A stretch of 64,000 nucleotides of DNA, taken from NCBI RefSeq assembly GCF_902713615.1, contig NC_052151.1, positions 201,775,703-201,839,702 of the forward strand. Reading direction: 5' to 3'. This DNA is from Scyliorhinus canicula. Taxonomy: Eukaryota. The notes beneath the pieces were generated by a model. It saw only the letters and a program-made list of their open reading frames with translations. It ran no database searches and was not told the DNA's origin. The translations under genes and the position numbers were made by a program. Within the stretch, counting starts at the first letter, position 1. Each line of letters begins with the position of its first letter. This document shows positions 1 to 12,549 of the stretch, in pieces.

Positions 1-35
1 CAGGAGGTTTAATAATTTTCCTTTGGGGGAACAAT

Positions 36-389
36 AGAATAGAATTCTATAGAACAGTACAGCACAGAACAGGCTCTTCGACCCTCGATGTTGTGCCGAG
101 CAAAGATCACCCTACTCAAACCCACGTATCCATCCTATACGCGTAACCCAACAACACTCCCCCCCCCTTAACCTTACTTTTTAGGACACGACAGGCAATT
201 TAGCATGGCCAATCCACCTAACCCGCACATCTTTGGGCTGTGGGAGGAAATCGGAGCACCCGGAGGAAACCCACGCACACACGGGGAGGACGTGCAGACT
301 CCGCACAGACAGTGACCCAGCCGGAAACCGAACCTGGGACCCTGGAGCTGTGAAGCATTTATGCTAACCACCATGCTACTGTGCTGCCC
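36..389 (-). mobile_element. tRNA-derived SINE (shark HE1-like) with CR1-type 3' tail
   Basis: Minus strand reads GGGCAGCACAGTAGCATGGTGGTTAGCAT (A box)...GGTTCGGTTTCC (B-box-like), then the common SINE body and a CTGTGCTGTACTGTTCTAT tail; it interrupts the Copia coding relic. Confidence 0.9.
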
Positions 390-395
390 GACAAT

Positions 396-1114
396 GAGAG
401 ACGGGAAAGTGAGGGAGGCGAATGGTAAATGTTGCCCTCTTGTGTGGGAAACAAAGAAAATAAGGAGAGTGGTAAAAAGCACTTTGGCTGCTGAGACGTT
501 GAGCCTTGTAAAAGCAGTGGATATGGCCTTTTATATATCTCAGATATTGTCAGAAATGTTGGTATTGGGGGATTTGGGGAATATACCTATTGAATGTCAC
601 ATTGACAATAAATCCCTGTAGGAAAATGTACACTCTACAAAAGGTTAAGGATAGAATCGCAAGTTAGAAGCAGATGTTGGACAGAGGGGAAGCAGCAAAA
701 AATTAAATGGGTCAACAGTAGGTATCAATTGTCAGACTGTTTTACAAAAAGAGGGGCTAGTTTACAGAAACTGTTTCTGTGACTGTTTTTTATTCCTTCC
801 ACAAAAAAAAAAGAATGGGGGAAATTGTGTATGTGTTTTTGAGTTTCTTGTAATTTTGTTTGCATCTAATTATTTTTTTCTCCAAGGAAGGGGAGACTGT
901 TAAGTAACGGGCTAAGAGACATTCCAATTAGTTGTCTCATTTAAGTTAAGTATCCAATAATTGACACGGACATGTAAAGGGGCTTCAGGTGGCATTTGTG
1001 TCAGGTGATGTGATGTTAGAGGTTTGTGCAGAGTCCGTTGAAGTAAATTTAAGGTGTTTGTGGAAAAGGAACAGAATCTTTGACTCTTTATACAACAGCA
1101 GCTAAACATATAAC
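396..1114 (+). mobile_element. Ty1/copia LTR retrotransposon 3' relic (RNase H, PPT, short 3' LTR)
   Basis: Translation W-ETKKIRRVVKSTLAAETLSL...CHIDNKSL*ENVHST..RLRI...QMLDRGE..IKWV...QLSDCFTKRG matches Copia RNase H motifs; purine tract AAGGAAGGGGAGAC then TG at 898; candidate LTR end ...TATAACA near 1114. Confidence 0.75.
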
Positions 1115-1929
1115 ATGCAAGCTCTTCTTATGGGCATAGCAACAAAAAATATCAGGAAATATGACAGCTGAGTACGAACATCAAGAACTCTCAAGAAGGA
1201 AGAAGGTCTAATGTGGTCTAGCAAGGGCCATTTAAGGTTGCAACAAACACTAAAAATGCAGTGAGAGACACGGGAAATGTCAGCATTTGAAACTCATGAT
1301 GAATTATTTGTATTAACAAATCGAGGAAATAGTTGCACATGTAGATTCTGATTCTGAGAATTGTGACACTGAGGATATTGTCACAAGCAGTCAGTTTTTG
1401 ACATTGCATTTTTTTAAGGAACATTGTGACAGTACATTCCTGTTTTACAAAAAAATAACATTTAACAAAGTTTTAAAAGTCCTTTGCAAATGGAAGTCAC
1501 AGCAGATTACTGTCTTCATAGATGATTGCTTAAAGATTGCTGAATGATGTTACCCCGGAACCAGTCTCTAGCAGAAACAATATTAATTTGAGGTTGCCTT
1601 GGACAGCGCGATTGCAGCTTACTGCTGCGGGTGGGAAGAATTTCTCAAAGACTGTGATTTCCTGTGCTTGTTTCAAAGAATGGGTGGGATTTTCTGGCCC
1701 TTCCTGCCAGCGCGATCTTCAGGTACCACCAAAGGCCACAACCCTTGTGGCAGGTGCCCAGTGTGGGATGAGCAAGTCATACAAAACGGCGTAGAAATTG
1801 GCGGGACTAAAAGATTAAGTAGAGGGTCAATGACAAGCCTCCTCCGCTGTTGGAAAACAATGTTTTATTGAACGTTAACGGAACAGCCATTTTTTTTGTG
1901 GTTTTTGTATCGTATACAAAAGGATGGGG

Positions 1930-2870
1930 GGATCACGTGATGTGAGCGCAGGCGTGGCTGCATTTTCACGAGCTCTGGCTCTACTTGTCTTTTAATCATT
2001 TATTTTATCCGATTGCACATCACATGATTTATTTTGGGGATATATGTCTTGTACTGTGTCTCTGGATGATACTAGCTAGATTTTAGTAATGAGGAGCCAA
2101 GTTACAATATCTGGATTAATTGTGGAGGTCGGAGTCGGCTGGGATGGGGCCCAGCTTGCAGTGGCAGTTTTGCTGGTGAGCAGGCCTACTCCTCGGCAGT
2201 GCTGTCGGCATCAGGATGTTGGCAGCCTCTGTGAATGATGTGTGGATGAGCATCTCGGTTCCATGGTGTAGGTTTTTCGTGCTCACTTTGATGAACTGCG
2301 AAATATCCTTGAGACAATTTTGGAAGTGGAGAAGAGAATCCTGTTAATTGATGGGGCAATTTCCCTAGTGGGGGCTCGTCTTCGGTCCTTGGAAATGCTG
2401 CTACATGATGTGTCATCCATCCTGACCGCTTCGGGGAGTAGGGGCCAGACAAGGAGTGCTTGTGATCTTGGTCTTGTGAAAAATTGGGAATGAGTTCTGA
2501 ACTGATTTTGAGAGTTAGCTGCCATGCTTTCACAATCTGGATTTGAAGATTGGGCATTTCAGGTTTGACGGAACAAATTGTGTCCAGTGTTCGAGGCCTG
2601 AGGTCGGTCAAAGGCCCCAACCATTGATCTTATATTGGAATATCCTCGATGCTCGTCATGAGGGTTTGGTATTGCGGGTCATGTCGATCCCACCAGGCCA
2701 GGGCTTAGACCCTTTGCTGCCTGGTCATGGGGGCGACAGCGTGGCCGAGATGAAAATGCTTCTTTTGATGGAACTTTGAGGGGATCCTGAGGGTTGGGTT
2801 TGGCCTTTCCAAGCATCATGGACAGTGTTATAATCCCGTAGTTTATCAATCATCGTGGAATTTATTCCCT
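1930..2870 (+). mobile_element. Degenerate L1-clade LINE 5' region / ORF1 relic
   Basis: Plus-strand frames give a coiled-coil-like FDELRNILETILEVEKRILLIDGAISLVGARLRSLE and RPEVGQRPQPLIL (L1 ORF1 RRM-like PGQRPRPII), with stops and frameshifts. Confidence 0.5.
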
Positions 2871-4413
2871 TGTAGTTATGCTGTTGATTTCATGTTATTG
2901 TCTTTTCTCCTGAAAAGGGTGTGCATTATATGAGCACAAGGGTGAGGGTCACCTGTTATCCCCTTCTGGCAAAAAATTGTACTGTCGGTATTGTGACTCA
3001 TGGTTGTGCATAGTCTTATCCCTTTTCTATGTTCTGTCATCCTTGCATTTATGGGGAGTAAATGCATTTTAGACCCCTTACCTTGTTTATAGAGATGATG
3101 AGTAGAGCCACAGCAGGGTGGTGGGTGGATAGTTCACCAGAGGCCCTGGAGCTCTGCAGAGCTAACACGAGCACTGCTTTGTCCTGCCGTGGGCTCTCCT
3201 GAGCAGCTCTCTGCAGCAGATTCAGTGCGAGATCTTAGCCTGTTTGTGTCCCTGGTCCTCTTTTCCTTATAACAAAATAATCCATCCTCAGTTCTTCAGA
3301 GACCTATTGCCTTGCTTGCTCAAAGCTCAAAAATGGAGGAATCTCTCCTCTGTGATTTTATGCCAAAAGCACGGACATGCAAGGCGCATGACACGCTCTC
3401 TGCCGCTGCTTCTGGCTGGGAGACTGCATTGTTCCATTTAAATGTCAGTCGCGATGGCATTCTCAATTTAAAAGCCGGTTGCGGCCGTTGGGCACTTCTT
3501 CCTCAATTGTTCTGTGATCCTCCAACCCCTGAGCCACAGTTTATTTAAAAACCCTGCCTTAATTGTTCTGTTAATTAGGTTTATGATGTTCAGCATGACA
3601 CCAAGAGTCAGATGACCAAAAGACCTGAGAAAGAGCAAGACGCAGAGCAGTCTATGTCCTGGAAACCACTTGTTTACCCGAAGTCTTTGCAAACATTTAT
3701 TTTTAAATAGTTCCAAGAAAAACAATACACGGGTTATCTCAATGCATTCCTAGTTAAAACCAAACCTAATCAAGATATGGTAACACACTGGAGCACAGAG
3801 ACATCCTAAAGCACTAATGACAGCATTGAAGGCCTCAATTTAAGAAACTGAGACCAACAGATTGGTAACCGAGAAGTGGTCGACTTGACAAGAAGGAAAT
3901 ACAAAACTGAAATGCACCTTGGATAGGGAGGGTGAGCCACACAGGATGCGAATGGCTATTGAGCAGCCACATCCTTTCCACACACTGGGGATCCACAGCA
4001 AGGACTACAGTTCGACCTCTGGAGGAGACAGTGTGACAACCAATCAACAAACAGGGTTTATAAGATAAAGTACAGAAACACCAGGCCTTCACCCTTTCAT
4101 ATGCAATCGAGGCCAGAGTGATGATGTGCTGCACGACAAGGCATCAAGGAGAACTCTGCATCCAATGAGGTTATGGGTACATTTGATAATTGCTTCAGCC
4201 CAAGAATAATCTAGCCATTGAAAGAGGAAGATTCAACCTGAGTAGTTAAAAGCTGGGTGAATCCATTGATTCCTTTATTAATTATTTGTATCAATTGGTT
4301 AGTGATTGCTGTTATGAAGCCTTAAAACATGAATTAACTCGCAACCACATTACAGTTAGCATGCTAGACAGTACGCTGTTTGATTTTTGCAACCTAAGGA
4401 GGACTTCATTTAG

Positions 4414-5590
4414 AGAACAAAGAACAATACAGCACAGGATCAGGCCCTTCGACTTTCCAAGCCTGCGCCGATCATGTGTCCTGTCTAGACCAACCGCCTG
4501 TATCCTTCTATACCCCATCTCCTCATGTGCCTATCCAGGTAAGTCTTAAAGGTCGCTAATGTTCTGCCTCAATCGCCTCACATGGCAGTGCATTCCAGGC
4601 TACCACCACCCTCTGTGTAAAAAAAAAGTCCCCCGCGCATCTCCCCTGAACCTCTTCCCCCCTCACCTTGAACCTCTGCCCCCTTGTAATTGTCATTTCC
4701 GCCCTGGGAAAAAGCCTCCAACTGTTCACCTTATCTATACACCTAATAATTTTATGAACTTCTATCAGGTCACCACTCAGCCTCCGTCTCTCTAGGGAAA
4801 ATAACCCCAGTTTATTCAATATCTCCTCATAGCCCTCAATACCTTCCATACCAGGCAACATCCTGGTAAACCTTTTCTGTACTCTCTTCAAAGCCTCCAC
4901 GTCCTTCTGGTAGTACGGTGACCAGAATTGGACACATTATTCCAAATGTGGCCTAACCAATGTTCTATATAATTGTAACATAATTTTTGAGTTTTTATAC
5001 TCAATACCCTGTACTATGAAGGCAAGCATGCCATATGCTTTCTTCACCACATTTCCACCTGTGCTACCACTTTTAAGGATCTATGGACCTGCACGCCCAG
5101 ATCTCTGTGTCTCTATGCTCCTAATGGTTCTGCCATTTATTTTATAGCTCCCACCTTAATTGGATCTACCAAAATGCATCCCCTCGCATTTGTCCGGGTT
5201 AAATTCCATCTGCCATTTCTCTGCCCAATTTTGCAGCCTATCTATATTCTGTTGTATTCTCTGACAATCTTTATCACCATCCGCAACTCCTGCAATCTTA
5301 GTATCATCCGCAAACTAGCTAATCAGACCAACTACGTTTTCTCCCAAGTCATTTATATATATTACAAAAAGCAGAGGTCCCAGACTGATCCCTGTGAAAC
5401 CACTAGTTATAGACCTCCATTCGGAAAAACACACTTCCACAGCTACACTCTGTCTTCTATGGCCAAGCCAGTTCTGGATCCATCCAGCTAGTTCACCGCT
5501 GACCTCATGTGATCTAATCTTTTGCACCAGCCTGCCATGAGGGACCTTATCAAATTCTTTACTAAAGTCCATGTAGTCAACATCCAGCAT
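4414..5590 (-). mobile_element. CR1 LINE, 5'-truncated (RT C-terminal part and 3' tail)
   Basis: ORFs YMDFSKEFDKVPHGRL and LKRVQKRFTRMLPG...FSLERRRLSGDLIEV...TQRVVVAW; tail CTGTGCTGTATTGTTCTTTGTTCT. Confidence 0.92.
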
Positions 5591-6094
5591 TAGAATAGAC
5601 AAGTGCTTGATGGCGGCAGCGGACACAATGGGCTGAATGGTCTCATTCTGTGCTGCAAAATTCTATGACTTCATGAATCACGCACAAAGTAAAAGGCGGC
5701 TACAAACATCCGACACACAAATCCTTAGCTCATGGACCATTTTGAAGAAATACCTTTTGCATAGCTATGACAATATGGAGAGCGATTAGGAGGAAGCACA
5801 GTAAAAATTGGACATCTAATTATGCAAAAGACAAGTTGGGTGCAGCCAGTGAAAGTCTTTTAATTGTGAAAAGAAATAGTTTGTGTCATATAATGTTTCT
5901 GAGCAAAATAATTTTTTGTTAATTTAGGTATTTGCGTTTAATATTTGAAGGGTTAAATTGTTAATTAAAATAACCAAGTGAAAAAATAATGGTGAATTGT
6001 TTAATAAAACTGATTGAAATAAGAAAGAGTTTCAAATAGAGTATTCCAATAATGAATATACCAGCTTATTTCTTCACAAAAACATTTCTTCCTG

Positions 6095-6420
6095 TGAAAG
6101 AATCTAGAACTGGAGGGGGTCACTGTTTAAAAAATAGGGGACACTCATTTAAGGAGAGGAAGACAATTTATTTCCCACAGAGGGTTGAGAGTCTCTGGAT
6201 CTCTCTTCCTCAAAAGGCAGTGGAAGCAGAGTCTTTGAGATTTTCTCAGTCTTAATTTAACACTGAGGGGAGGGGTGAAAGCTTATCAGGGGTTAGCGGG
6301 GAGGGGAGAAAGTTTATCAGGGGTCAGCGGGAATGTGGGGTTGAGGTTACAATCATATCAGCTGTGGGCTTATTAAGTGGTGGAGCAGACTAGAGTGGCC
6401 TACTCCTGATCCTAATCCTT
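6095..6420 (+). mobile_element. CR1 3' fragment
   Basis: ESRTGGGH..KNRGHSFK...FPQRVESLWISLPQKAVEAESL, followed by a CR1-like 3' UTR that is interrupted by a SINE. Confidence 0.75.
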
Positions 6421-6640
6421 TTTAAAAAATAAATTTAGAGTACCCAACTCATTTTTTCCAATTAAGGGGCAATTTAGCATGGCAATCCAACTACCCTGCA
6501 CATCTTTGGATTCTGGGGGTGGGACCAATGCAGACACGGGGAGAATGTGCAAACTCCACATGGACAGACACCCGGGGCCGGGATCAAACCCGGGTCCTCA
6601 GCGCCGTGAGGGCAGCAGTGATAACCACTGTGGCACCCTC
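6421..6640 (-). mobile_element. tRNA-SINE with 18-bp TSD
   Basis: Flanked by direct repeats CTCCTGATCCTAATCCTT (6403-6420 and 6641-6658); A/B boxes on the minus strand; A-rich tail. Confidence 0.9.
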
Positions 6641-7059
6641 CTCCTGATCCTAATCCTTACGTTCTTCATTTTTCTTTTTAAATTTTAGTTGACATTTCTA
6701 TCCTGTTATTTCTCGGATATAGGCGAGTAGCCCAGCACACTGGAATATGAAAACAAATTGCTACACCCTTAATATGTAATAGCCATTTGTTTAATAAAAA
6801 CAGAAAAATTCTGGAAATAGGTATAAGGCCTGGAAGCATCTGTGGAGTGAGCTAAAGAGGAGAAATTTGATGGATTTTCTAATGTTTTAAAGGGTTTGAG
6901 CATAATGGAAGGTCATTGAGAGGTGATAGCTAGGAAAGATTGCAACAAAGATGTAGGTCACAAGACCGAGGAGGTTAATGGTAGTGTGAAGGACTATATA
7001 AGGTGCTGACAAAGGCATAATGGTAAGATAGCAGAATATTTATTTGCAGCATAGAAGGC

Positions 7060-7880
7060 AGCCATTGGGTCTACAGTATCCACACCGGCTCCCAAAAGAA
7101 CTACCCAGCAAGTCCCATTCTCCAGTCCCATCTCCGTAGCCCTCTATATATCCAACTCTCTTTTGAAACCTCCTATGGAATCCACCACCACCACTTTCCC
7201 AAGCAGCGCATTCCAAACCCCAACAACTCTTTGAGTAAAGAAGTTTCTCCTCATCTCACTCCACGCTCTCTTGCTTGTGGTGATCAGCATGTACACATAA
7301 ATGTACATAGTTGTATGTGAATGCACATAGTTATCGGTACAACCTCCGGCCAGCAGGTGGTGTCAGACATCCATCACGTGACTGGAGACACCCGGCAGTT
7401 GGTAGTAAGTTGTACAAGAAGATAGTCACACTTAGAGTAGCTCCAGGAGAATTCACTGAATTCATTCAGTAGCCATCGTCTGTATTATAGTTCATTAGTT
7501 ATCTTTCCATGTGTTTGTTAATAATTCATCTTTCTAGTTAAACAACTAGATGTTCTGTGTACATCATTACAATGGTTATATCACAAAACACAACATTGCT
7601 GACCATCTGGAAATTGTGACCCCCCTGGTCACTGACATACCAACTATTGGAAACAGAATATCCTTCTTTACCCTGTTGAAATTGTTCAGAATTTTGAACA
7701 CCTCAAAAAGTCACCTTTTAATCTTCTCTGTTCCAAGGAGGACAAGTACATTTCTCCAATCTTTCCCTGTATCTATTCCTGGGATCATTCGAGTAAATCT
7801 CCTCTGCACTCTCTCCAGAGCTTTAATAGTCTTCCTTAAATAAGATGCCCAGAACTGAACACAATACGCCAAATGATTTG
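7060..7880 (-). mobile_element. Degenerate CR1 fragment split by a solo LTR
   Basis: EMRRNFFTQRVVGVWNALLGKVV at 7144-7270; further decayed CR1 sequence at 7596-7880. Confidence 0.65.
7276..7595 (+). mobile_element. Solo LTR (320 bp)
   Basis: TGTGG...CAACA termini with an exact 5-bp TSD TTGCT (7271-7275 and 7596-7600). Confidence 0.75.
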
Positions 7881-8007
7881 CAGAGGTATACCATCACTTC
7901 CTATCTGCTTCTATTTATAAACCCAAAAATCCTCTCAGCCTTCTTAGCAACTGTTTCAACTGGCCTGTTAATGGGAGCAAAAAGGTCAGCGCATAGTGAA
8001 AGCAAAA

Positions 8008-8500
8008 CAAGGGCGGCACAGGTGGCACGGTGGTTAGCACTTCTGCCTCATAGCGCCAGGGACCAGGTTCACTTCCTGTTTAATACATTCTCCTGTGTCT
8101 GCGTGGGTTTCTTCTGGGTGCTTCGGTTTCCTCCCACAGTCCAAAGATGTGCACGTTAGGTAGAAATGAAATGAAAATCGCTTATTGTCACGAGTAGGCT
8201 TCAATGAAGTTACTATGAAAAGCCCCGAGTCGCCACATTCTGGCGCCTGTTCGGGGAGGCTGGTACGGGAATTGAACCGTGCTGCTGGCCTGCCTTGGTC
8301 TGATTTAAAAGCCAGCGATTTAGCCCAGTGTGCTAAACCAGCCCCTGTTAAAGCGTAGATTGGACATGATCGATTGCCCCTTAGTGTCCAGGGATGTGTA
8401 GGTTAGGTTATGGTATTGCTGGGATAAGGTGGCGTGCTCGTTCAGAGGGTCGGTGCAGTCTCAATGGGTCGAATGACCTTCTTCTGCACTGTAGGGATCC
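8008..8500 (+). mobile_element. HE1-like SINE with a second-family SINE nested in opposite orientation (about 8163-8347)
   Basis: Host SINE head GGGCGGCACAGGTGGCACGGTGGTTAGCAC; insert on the minus strand starts GGGGCTGGTTTAGCACACTGGG and ends in a (CATTT)n tail; the host resumes at GGATTGGACATG. Confidence 0.82.
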
Positions 8501-9978
8501 TAAGATGGCCCTGTGGGGGAGGGGGGAGTTATTTGTAAAACTATAAATGAAGTTAGAATTTTCTGCATTTCAAAATTGTCGTAAAGAAAGCTTCACTATG
8601 GGGAAGCTATCTTCCCTCAGCCCCTCCCATCCCCCCAAGGAGGTTGGTGCGAGGTGGAATTTGAGGTTTGAGTGCCCAGTGAGGTTGTGGAGGTGCGAGC
8701 TGTTGTGTGAACAGCTAAACTGTGTGTTCTGTTGGGTGCTGTAATGATCTTTGACCTGGATGCCATGCCGTAAGGATAATCTGTAATTTCTTTAAGATGC
8801 CCGTGGATGTGTAGATATTCTTCAGAAGGTATGAAAATGGGTATTTTTTAAGAATTTGCATGAATTGTGATTTTCTTGAATGATAAGAAATACAGGTCCA
8901 CTGCCACCTGGCAATGCTTTACTTGGATGGATAAGGCAAAAACAGGTGTGTGACCAGGCACACGGAGGATGGAGGAAAAGCTGTGGTTGTAAATAACAAA
9001 GGAGAGCTGCAATCAAGGGGAGAACAGGGAAGGCACATTTACAAGAAGTTTGTGTACGTCTAATACCTTAAAACAGGACAAAAAACTGAAACAGGATTGG
9101 AGCAAAGACTGTGGCCAGAATTTTATGTAGCTCGGTCTGACCCAGCAACGCATGAAATTATGTGAGAAGGCGTAGGGCGTGCGTTACATTGTTGCGCAAT
9201 ATTTTGCTCAGCGGATACAATCAGAAATGCGCCTCTGACAGCCAAACAGGCAGCTTAGCCCATTGAAGGGCCAATTCAATGTAATTTTATGTGGCTTGTC
9301 TGCTTTTACATTTGGCGGGCGGACTGATTGCTCAGGCAGCCTTTACATTTTAGCTGCAATTAGGATCCTGGGAGGATGAACTGCCAGGATTCAAATAAAA
9401 CAAAGGAACTGATGGAGTGGGAAGGGGTCCCAATTGGGGAGGGGAAGAGGAAGTGGGAGGAATAGCTGTGAGGTGGTTTGAGTATGATTTGTGCTGCCTG
9501 GACATTTGTGGCATAGTTTTAACTTGTGGCATAGTTTTAACATCATTATTTGCTTGTTATGGGTCAACAGCTGCCTTAGACAATCAGCAGAGACTTATCT
9601 AGAGGGAGCATGAGAAACACGAATCCTCAATCTCCTGTTCATGGCGCACATCCTCCCCAGCCTTTAACAGAGACCATTTCATGCTTGACAGCTGCGCAAA
9701 ATTGCGCAACAGGGCTGACAACGGCTGTGAATGCATTTTGTGCATGCTTCTGCGCCCACACGCCTTCAGGGCGAGAAATGGGGACCAGTGAACAGGACAA
9801 TATCACTTCAGTTTTCACCAGAGAAGAATAAACCATTTACAGATAATGGGACAAAGTATTCCCTGGGGAATGTGAACCATCAAGACTGTTGTGAGCAGGA
9901 ATGAGGAGGTCCAGCAGATGCTGCTATTTTGGTGAATAACAAGCCTGTGAAAATTAGATTTGTTGGGAGCTGCTGCAG

Positions 9979-10525
9979 CTGAGAGACACCAGTCAGTGTA
10001 CAGATATCTCCCTGAGAGAGGGACAGAGAGACACCAGTCAGTGTACAGATATCTCCCTGAGAGAGGGACTGAGAGACACCAGTCAGTGTACAGATATCTC
10101 CCTGAGAGAGAGGGACTGAGAGACACCAGTCAGTGTACAGATATCTCCCTGAGAGAGAGGGACTGAGAGACACCAGTCAGTGTACAGATATCTCCCTGAG
10201 AGAGAGGGACTGAGAGACACCAGTCAGTGTACAGATACCTCCCTGAGAGAGAGGGACTGAGACACACCAGTCAGTGTACAGATATCTCCCTGAGAGAGGG
10301 TCTGAGAGACACCAGTCAGTGTACAGATATCTCCCTGAGAGAGAGGGTCTGAGAGACACCAGTCAGGGTACAGATATCTCCCTGAGAGAGAGGGACTGAG
10401 AGACACCAGTCAGTGTACAGATATCTCCCTGAGAGAGAGGGACTGAGAGACACTAGTCGGTATACAGATATCTCCCTGAGAGAGAGGGACTGAGAGACAC
10501 CAATCAGTGTACATTTCCCTGAGAG
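9979..10525 (+). repeat. 47-bp minisatellite (45-bp variants), about 11-12 copies
   Basis: Unit CTGAGAGACACCAGTCAGTGTACAGATATCTCCCTGAGAGAGAGGGA. Confidence 0.95.
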
Positions 10526-10529
10526 TCGC

Positions 10530-11110
10530 TTGTGTACATTTATGAAATACTTTGTTCTACCACAACTGGAAAGCTGTGTACAATTCTGGGCACCACATTT
10601 AGGATGGATTTAAAGTCTTTGGAGAGGCCTCAAAAACAATTTGCGAGAATGGTCTGAGGCTTTCAATTTGATGCAGAGATGGGAGAAGCTGGGCCTGTTA
10701 GATTTGAACAGTAGAATCTTCATTGGCCCTCGTCCCCCTTGTTTCTTCGTGTATTTATCCATGCCAAGCGTTTAAACTGAGAGTCAACAGAACAAACACT
10801 ACTTCAGTGTTGAGAGATTGTCACGAGGACACTTGATAGTGGTGTTCAAAATCATAATGGGTTTGGACAGGATCGGGAGAAAGTGTGCCTGCTGGCGGAA
10901 GAGTGAAGCACCAAAGGACACCAGTTCAAGGTGAGTGGGAAATGGATGAGGTGTGACAGGAGGGGGTAAGTTTTTCAAGCAGAATGGGTCGGATCAGGAA
11001 TGCATTGACTGTTTGTGTGGTGGAGGCAGGTTAGATTGTGACTTTCAAACGTGAAATTGTTAATTGAGGGAAAAACATTGACAGGACCACAGGAAATGGG
11101 TGGGAGAGCA
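10530..11110 (+). mobile_element. Highly decayed CR1 3' fragment
   Basis: Remnants of QFWAPHL..D..LE..Q.RF..MV and TRGHQFKV..K.MRCD motifs. Confidence 0.5.
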
Positions 11111-11420
11111 TGGGAAAAGACCTGTTCTACTGCATCTCTCATCACCTCAGAGTGTTTGAAAGCATTTCACACTAAGTAAGTACTTTTGAACAATAATCAC
11201 CGTTTTCACATGGCATTCAATATCAGCACAGCAAAATCCATCAATGGGAATGTGACACCCAAACTTCTTTTAGGGTTGTTGATTGAGGGACAAATCCTGG
11301 ATTGGATACTAGAGAAAACACTTCTGCTCTACATTGCTATTGTTGGAGCTTTTACATCCACCCGAGAAACAGGTGGAGCCTTCGATCAATGCCCTATCTG
11401 AAAGACACAACTCAGACAAA

Positions 11421-12066
11421 GGCAGCACTCCCTCAGTACTGACCCTCTGACACTGCAGAACTCCCTCAGTACTGACCCTCTGACAAGGCAGCACTCCCTC
11501 AGTATTGACCCTCTAACAGTGCAGCACTCCCTCAGTACTGACCCTCTGACACTGCAGAACTCCCTCAGTACTGACCCTCTGACAGGGCAACACTCCCTCA
11601 GTACTGACCCTCTGACAGTGCAGCGCTCCCTCAGTACTGACCCTCTGACAGTGCAGCACTCCCTCAGTACTGACCCTCTGACAGTGCAGCGCTCCCTCAG
11701 TACTGACCCTCTGACAGTGCAATACTCCCTCAGTACTGACCCTCTGACAGTGCAGCGCTCCCTCAGTACTGACCCTCTGACAGTGCAGCACTCCCTCAGT
11801 ACTGACCCTCTGACAGTGCAGCGCTCCCTAAGTACTGACCCTCTGACAGTGCAGCACTCCCTCAGTACTGACCCTCTGACAGTGCAGAACTCCCTCAGTA
11901 CTGACCCTCTGACAGTGCAGCACTCCCTCAGTACTGACCCTCTGACAGTGCAGCACTCCCTCAGTACTGACCCTCTGACAGTGCAGCGCTCCCTCAGTAC
12001 TGACCCTCTGACAGTGCAGGAATCACTCTGTGCCGACTCTCCAGAAATGCAGCACTCCCTCAGTGC
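11421..12066 (+). repeat. 33-bp minisatellite, about 19-20 copies, in a Deu-SINE-like context
   Basis: Unit GCAGCACTCCCTCAGTACTGACCCTCTGACAGT; explains the QHSLSTDPLTV / GSVLRECCTVR ORFs. Confidence 0.95.
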
Positions 12067-12182
12067 AAGCCACGGTTTAAATCCGGGGGCTTTTATTGCC
12101 AGAGAGTGGAGAGTGGGTTGTGACATTACTGATTGGGTTGTGGGGAGGAGTGGGGTTAGGGAGATGGTGAGGTTTCACTCAC

Positions 12183-12512
12183 CATAGACTGCAAGCTGTA
12201 TCAAATTACGATCCATCTCATCCCAGATATACCAGACCACCGCACGATAGAGGCCTGAGTCTGAAGGCGCGACGGACAAGATTGTGAGTTCATACAGGGG
12301 GTTCAGGTTCATCCGGGTGGCAAACGGAGGTAGGCAAATTCTGGACTTGTTGCCCAGCTTCTCACAGAGGGTGATCGAGGAGTCCGAGTTGGTCTTGCGG
12401 TATGCCCACTGGATGATTTCAGGGTGTGCCCGCAGTCTGGGTGGTAGTGTTATTGGCTCCTTAACGGTGGCGTTGATAACCTGAGTTGGGGTCCAGGTGG
12501 CCGAAGCCTGGC
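12183..12512 (-). CDS. Gene A exon 2: IgV domain, CD2/SLAM/CD58-family-like
   Basis: Acceptor (CT)n...CCCCTCTTCCAG|GC and donor TATG|GTGAGT; 330 nt, phase 1/1; QASATWTPTQVINATVKEPITLPP..IIQWAY...LTILSVAPSDSGLYRAVV...LIQLAVY has the IgV C-strand W and DxGxY but no B-F cysteines, typical of CD2/SLAM N-terminal domains. Confidence 0.88.
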
Positions 12513-12549
12513 CTGGAAGAGGGGACAGTGTGAGAGAGAGAGAGAGAGG

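Noticed and set aside
1500-1900. ORFs at 1537 and 1599, or a minus-strand exon of gene A
   Set aside because: No recognisable domain; the candidate acceptor leads to stops or non-Ig sequence in all phases.
2186-3067. Minus-strand ORFs as a Gypsy integrase remnant
   Set aside because: No convincing DDE motifs; the opposite strand gives a better match to L1 ORF1.
9110-9980. PIF/Harbinger-type DNA transposon remnant
   Set aside because: The start GGCCAGAATTTTATG is suggestive, but I found no matching terminal inverted repeat or transposase motif.
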